The notes under the pieces are model-generated. The model had not been told where the DNA came from. It searched no databases and saw only the letters and a list, made by a program, of their open reading frames with translations. Positions 62,551 to 64,000 of a DNA stretch of 64,000 nt are shown in pieces. This stretch comes from Phoronis australis (taxonomy: Eukaryota > Animalia > Phoronida), in contig NMRA01000622.1 of NCBI GenBank assembly GCA_002633005.1, positions 35,121 to 99,120 on the forward strand. Direction: 5' to 3'. Every line of letters begins with the position of its first letter. Position 1 is the first letter of the stretch. Position numbers and translations under genes: made by a program.

Positions 62551-64000
62551 GCTCATCCTCATTATTATGTTCACATTCGATCATCGTTTAGTACAGACAA
62601 TTTACACTTATTAGCAAAAACATGAACTTCACATTTCTTTTCACTTCATTTGCTTGCATAACTTGAAAAATATATGGACAGTTCTCAAGAGACAACTGGA
62701 ATCTTAAAACTAATTCTAAGGCCTGGGGACACAATTAAAAAGTCAGGTACTTGTTTTCAATTTTTCGAATGTCACAACTTGAACAAAGTTTAACTTTATG
62801 TCAGCATTCAAAATGTTGTCCCAGCTCTATCATTCTATCATCAGTGAATGATTTGTGCATCAAATATGCACCAGTGGAAACCTCATACATGGTTTCTCTA
62901 TGTCTAATATTTTCCTTTCTAAGATGTAATTTGAAAAATTGCTATGTATCTAATTTACAGCTTCTTGCCACAGTTTGATTTTCTATATCTATACAACGCT
63001 GTTGAAATTCTTTTAAAAATCGAAGCTCATTACCCACGCCTTTTGAATACCACACAATTCCATATCCATAGGGGTATAATATTTTTTCATTACCAGAGCC
63101 CAACAGTCTCCGTTTTCTCTGCCATTTAAATAGTAATAATAGCAGTAGTTACTACATGTTTTTATTGTTCTAATTACTATTAGCAATATCAGAATTACCA
63201 GGTGTTATTATTATTGGTGTTATTATTATTGGTATTTTTATTATCTTTGTTATCACCATTTTCAAATTATGTGTGTGAATGTCTGTAAGAGTGAGTGAGT
63301 GAAATTTCTCAAATTTTGTTTATTTAAGACAGACTACAAGAACTGGCAAGGGCACCCCACACCACCTTCACTAATTCTGGTGATAACATCATGCTATGAA
63401 CATTCCCACTAAATAAAATTGGTTCTAACCCCAGTGGTTAAGGTAAACGGCGGGGTATGGAAAATTGAACTAGACCGTATTTATCCACCTTGGCTGAGTC
63501 GCGCTCGGCTCACGATCAAAGGGATGCCACCAAGCTGCTCTAGTCATCGAGTCACGAGCAAGGATAATTGGCTTCGCTCATGCGGATATGATCAGCTGAT
63601 TACAATCTAGCTAGCAGACTGTACTTTTTATGGAGAGTTTTACGTAGTTTTTACTGTAATATTTGAAAAGAGGAGCGAAAACAAATATGAGTACAGCTTT
63701 GAATTTTTCAAATCGGCCCAGGATAAGAGATTTTGCAACACAGCAACACTCACGATTACTTTCATTCGGCGCGCAATAATACAAAAATATAGGACCCAAG
63801 TTATTTAAATTTTGGAACACATGCATTGCAATATTCAAAATACGTTTATTATGAATCTTACAAGCTGTAAAACGACGTTGTTAATTTCATTCTGTTCATT
63901 CATTGTCATCCGTCAAATCGGCAATTTCCGAGATGTGATCTGCGGCGTGCGCGTATGTGTACAAAACACGTGATTGTTATGTTCCTGAAGTACGAAAATT

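Noticed and set aside
56562-64000. N-terminal SLC5 exons (FLAGR, GASLFASNIGS motifs) and promoter
   Set aside because: Not found by eye; the region is occupied by repeats, so the 5' end probably lies outside the window.

Overview
Animal (probably invertebrate) genomic DNA, AT-rich and repeat-dense; no prokaryotic features. The window holds one protein-coding gene on the minus strand: an intron-rich sodium:solute symporter of the SLC5 family, closest in diagnostic motifs to the Na+/myo-inositol cotransporter SMIT1/SLC5A3. I traced 13 coding exons (56561 down to 4673) with GT-AG ends and consistent phases, totalling 1872 nt (623 aa plus stop). The N-terminal exons were not found and probably lie beyond position 64000. 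The introns contain decayed retroelements (HERO-like RLE non-LTR, Penelope, L2/CR1, RT remnant), tRNA-derived SINEs, several Helentron-associated (HINE/DINE-1-like) elements, TIR elements (two with 5-bp TSDs), minisatellites and a 3 kb palindrome-punctuated composite satellite. I found no clear evidence of a wholly new biological system. The most unusual signals are tandem duplications of the gene's own splice junctions (an array of stop-containing decoy acceptors), HINE repeats carrying CTCF-like motifs that all point the same way, and intronic inverted repeats able to form dsRNA.
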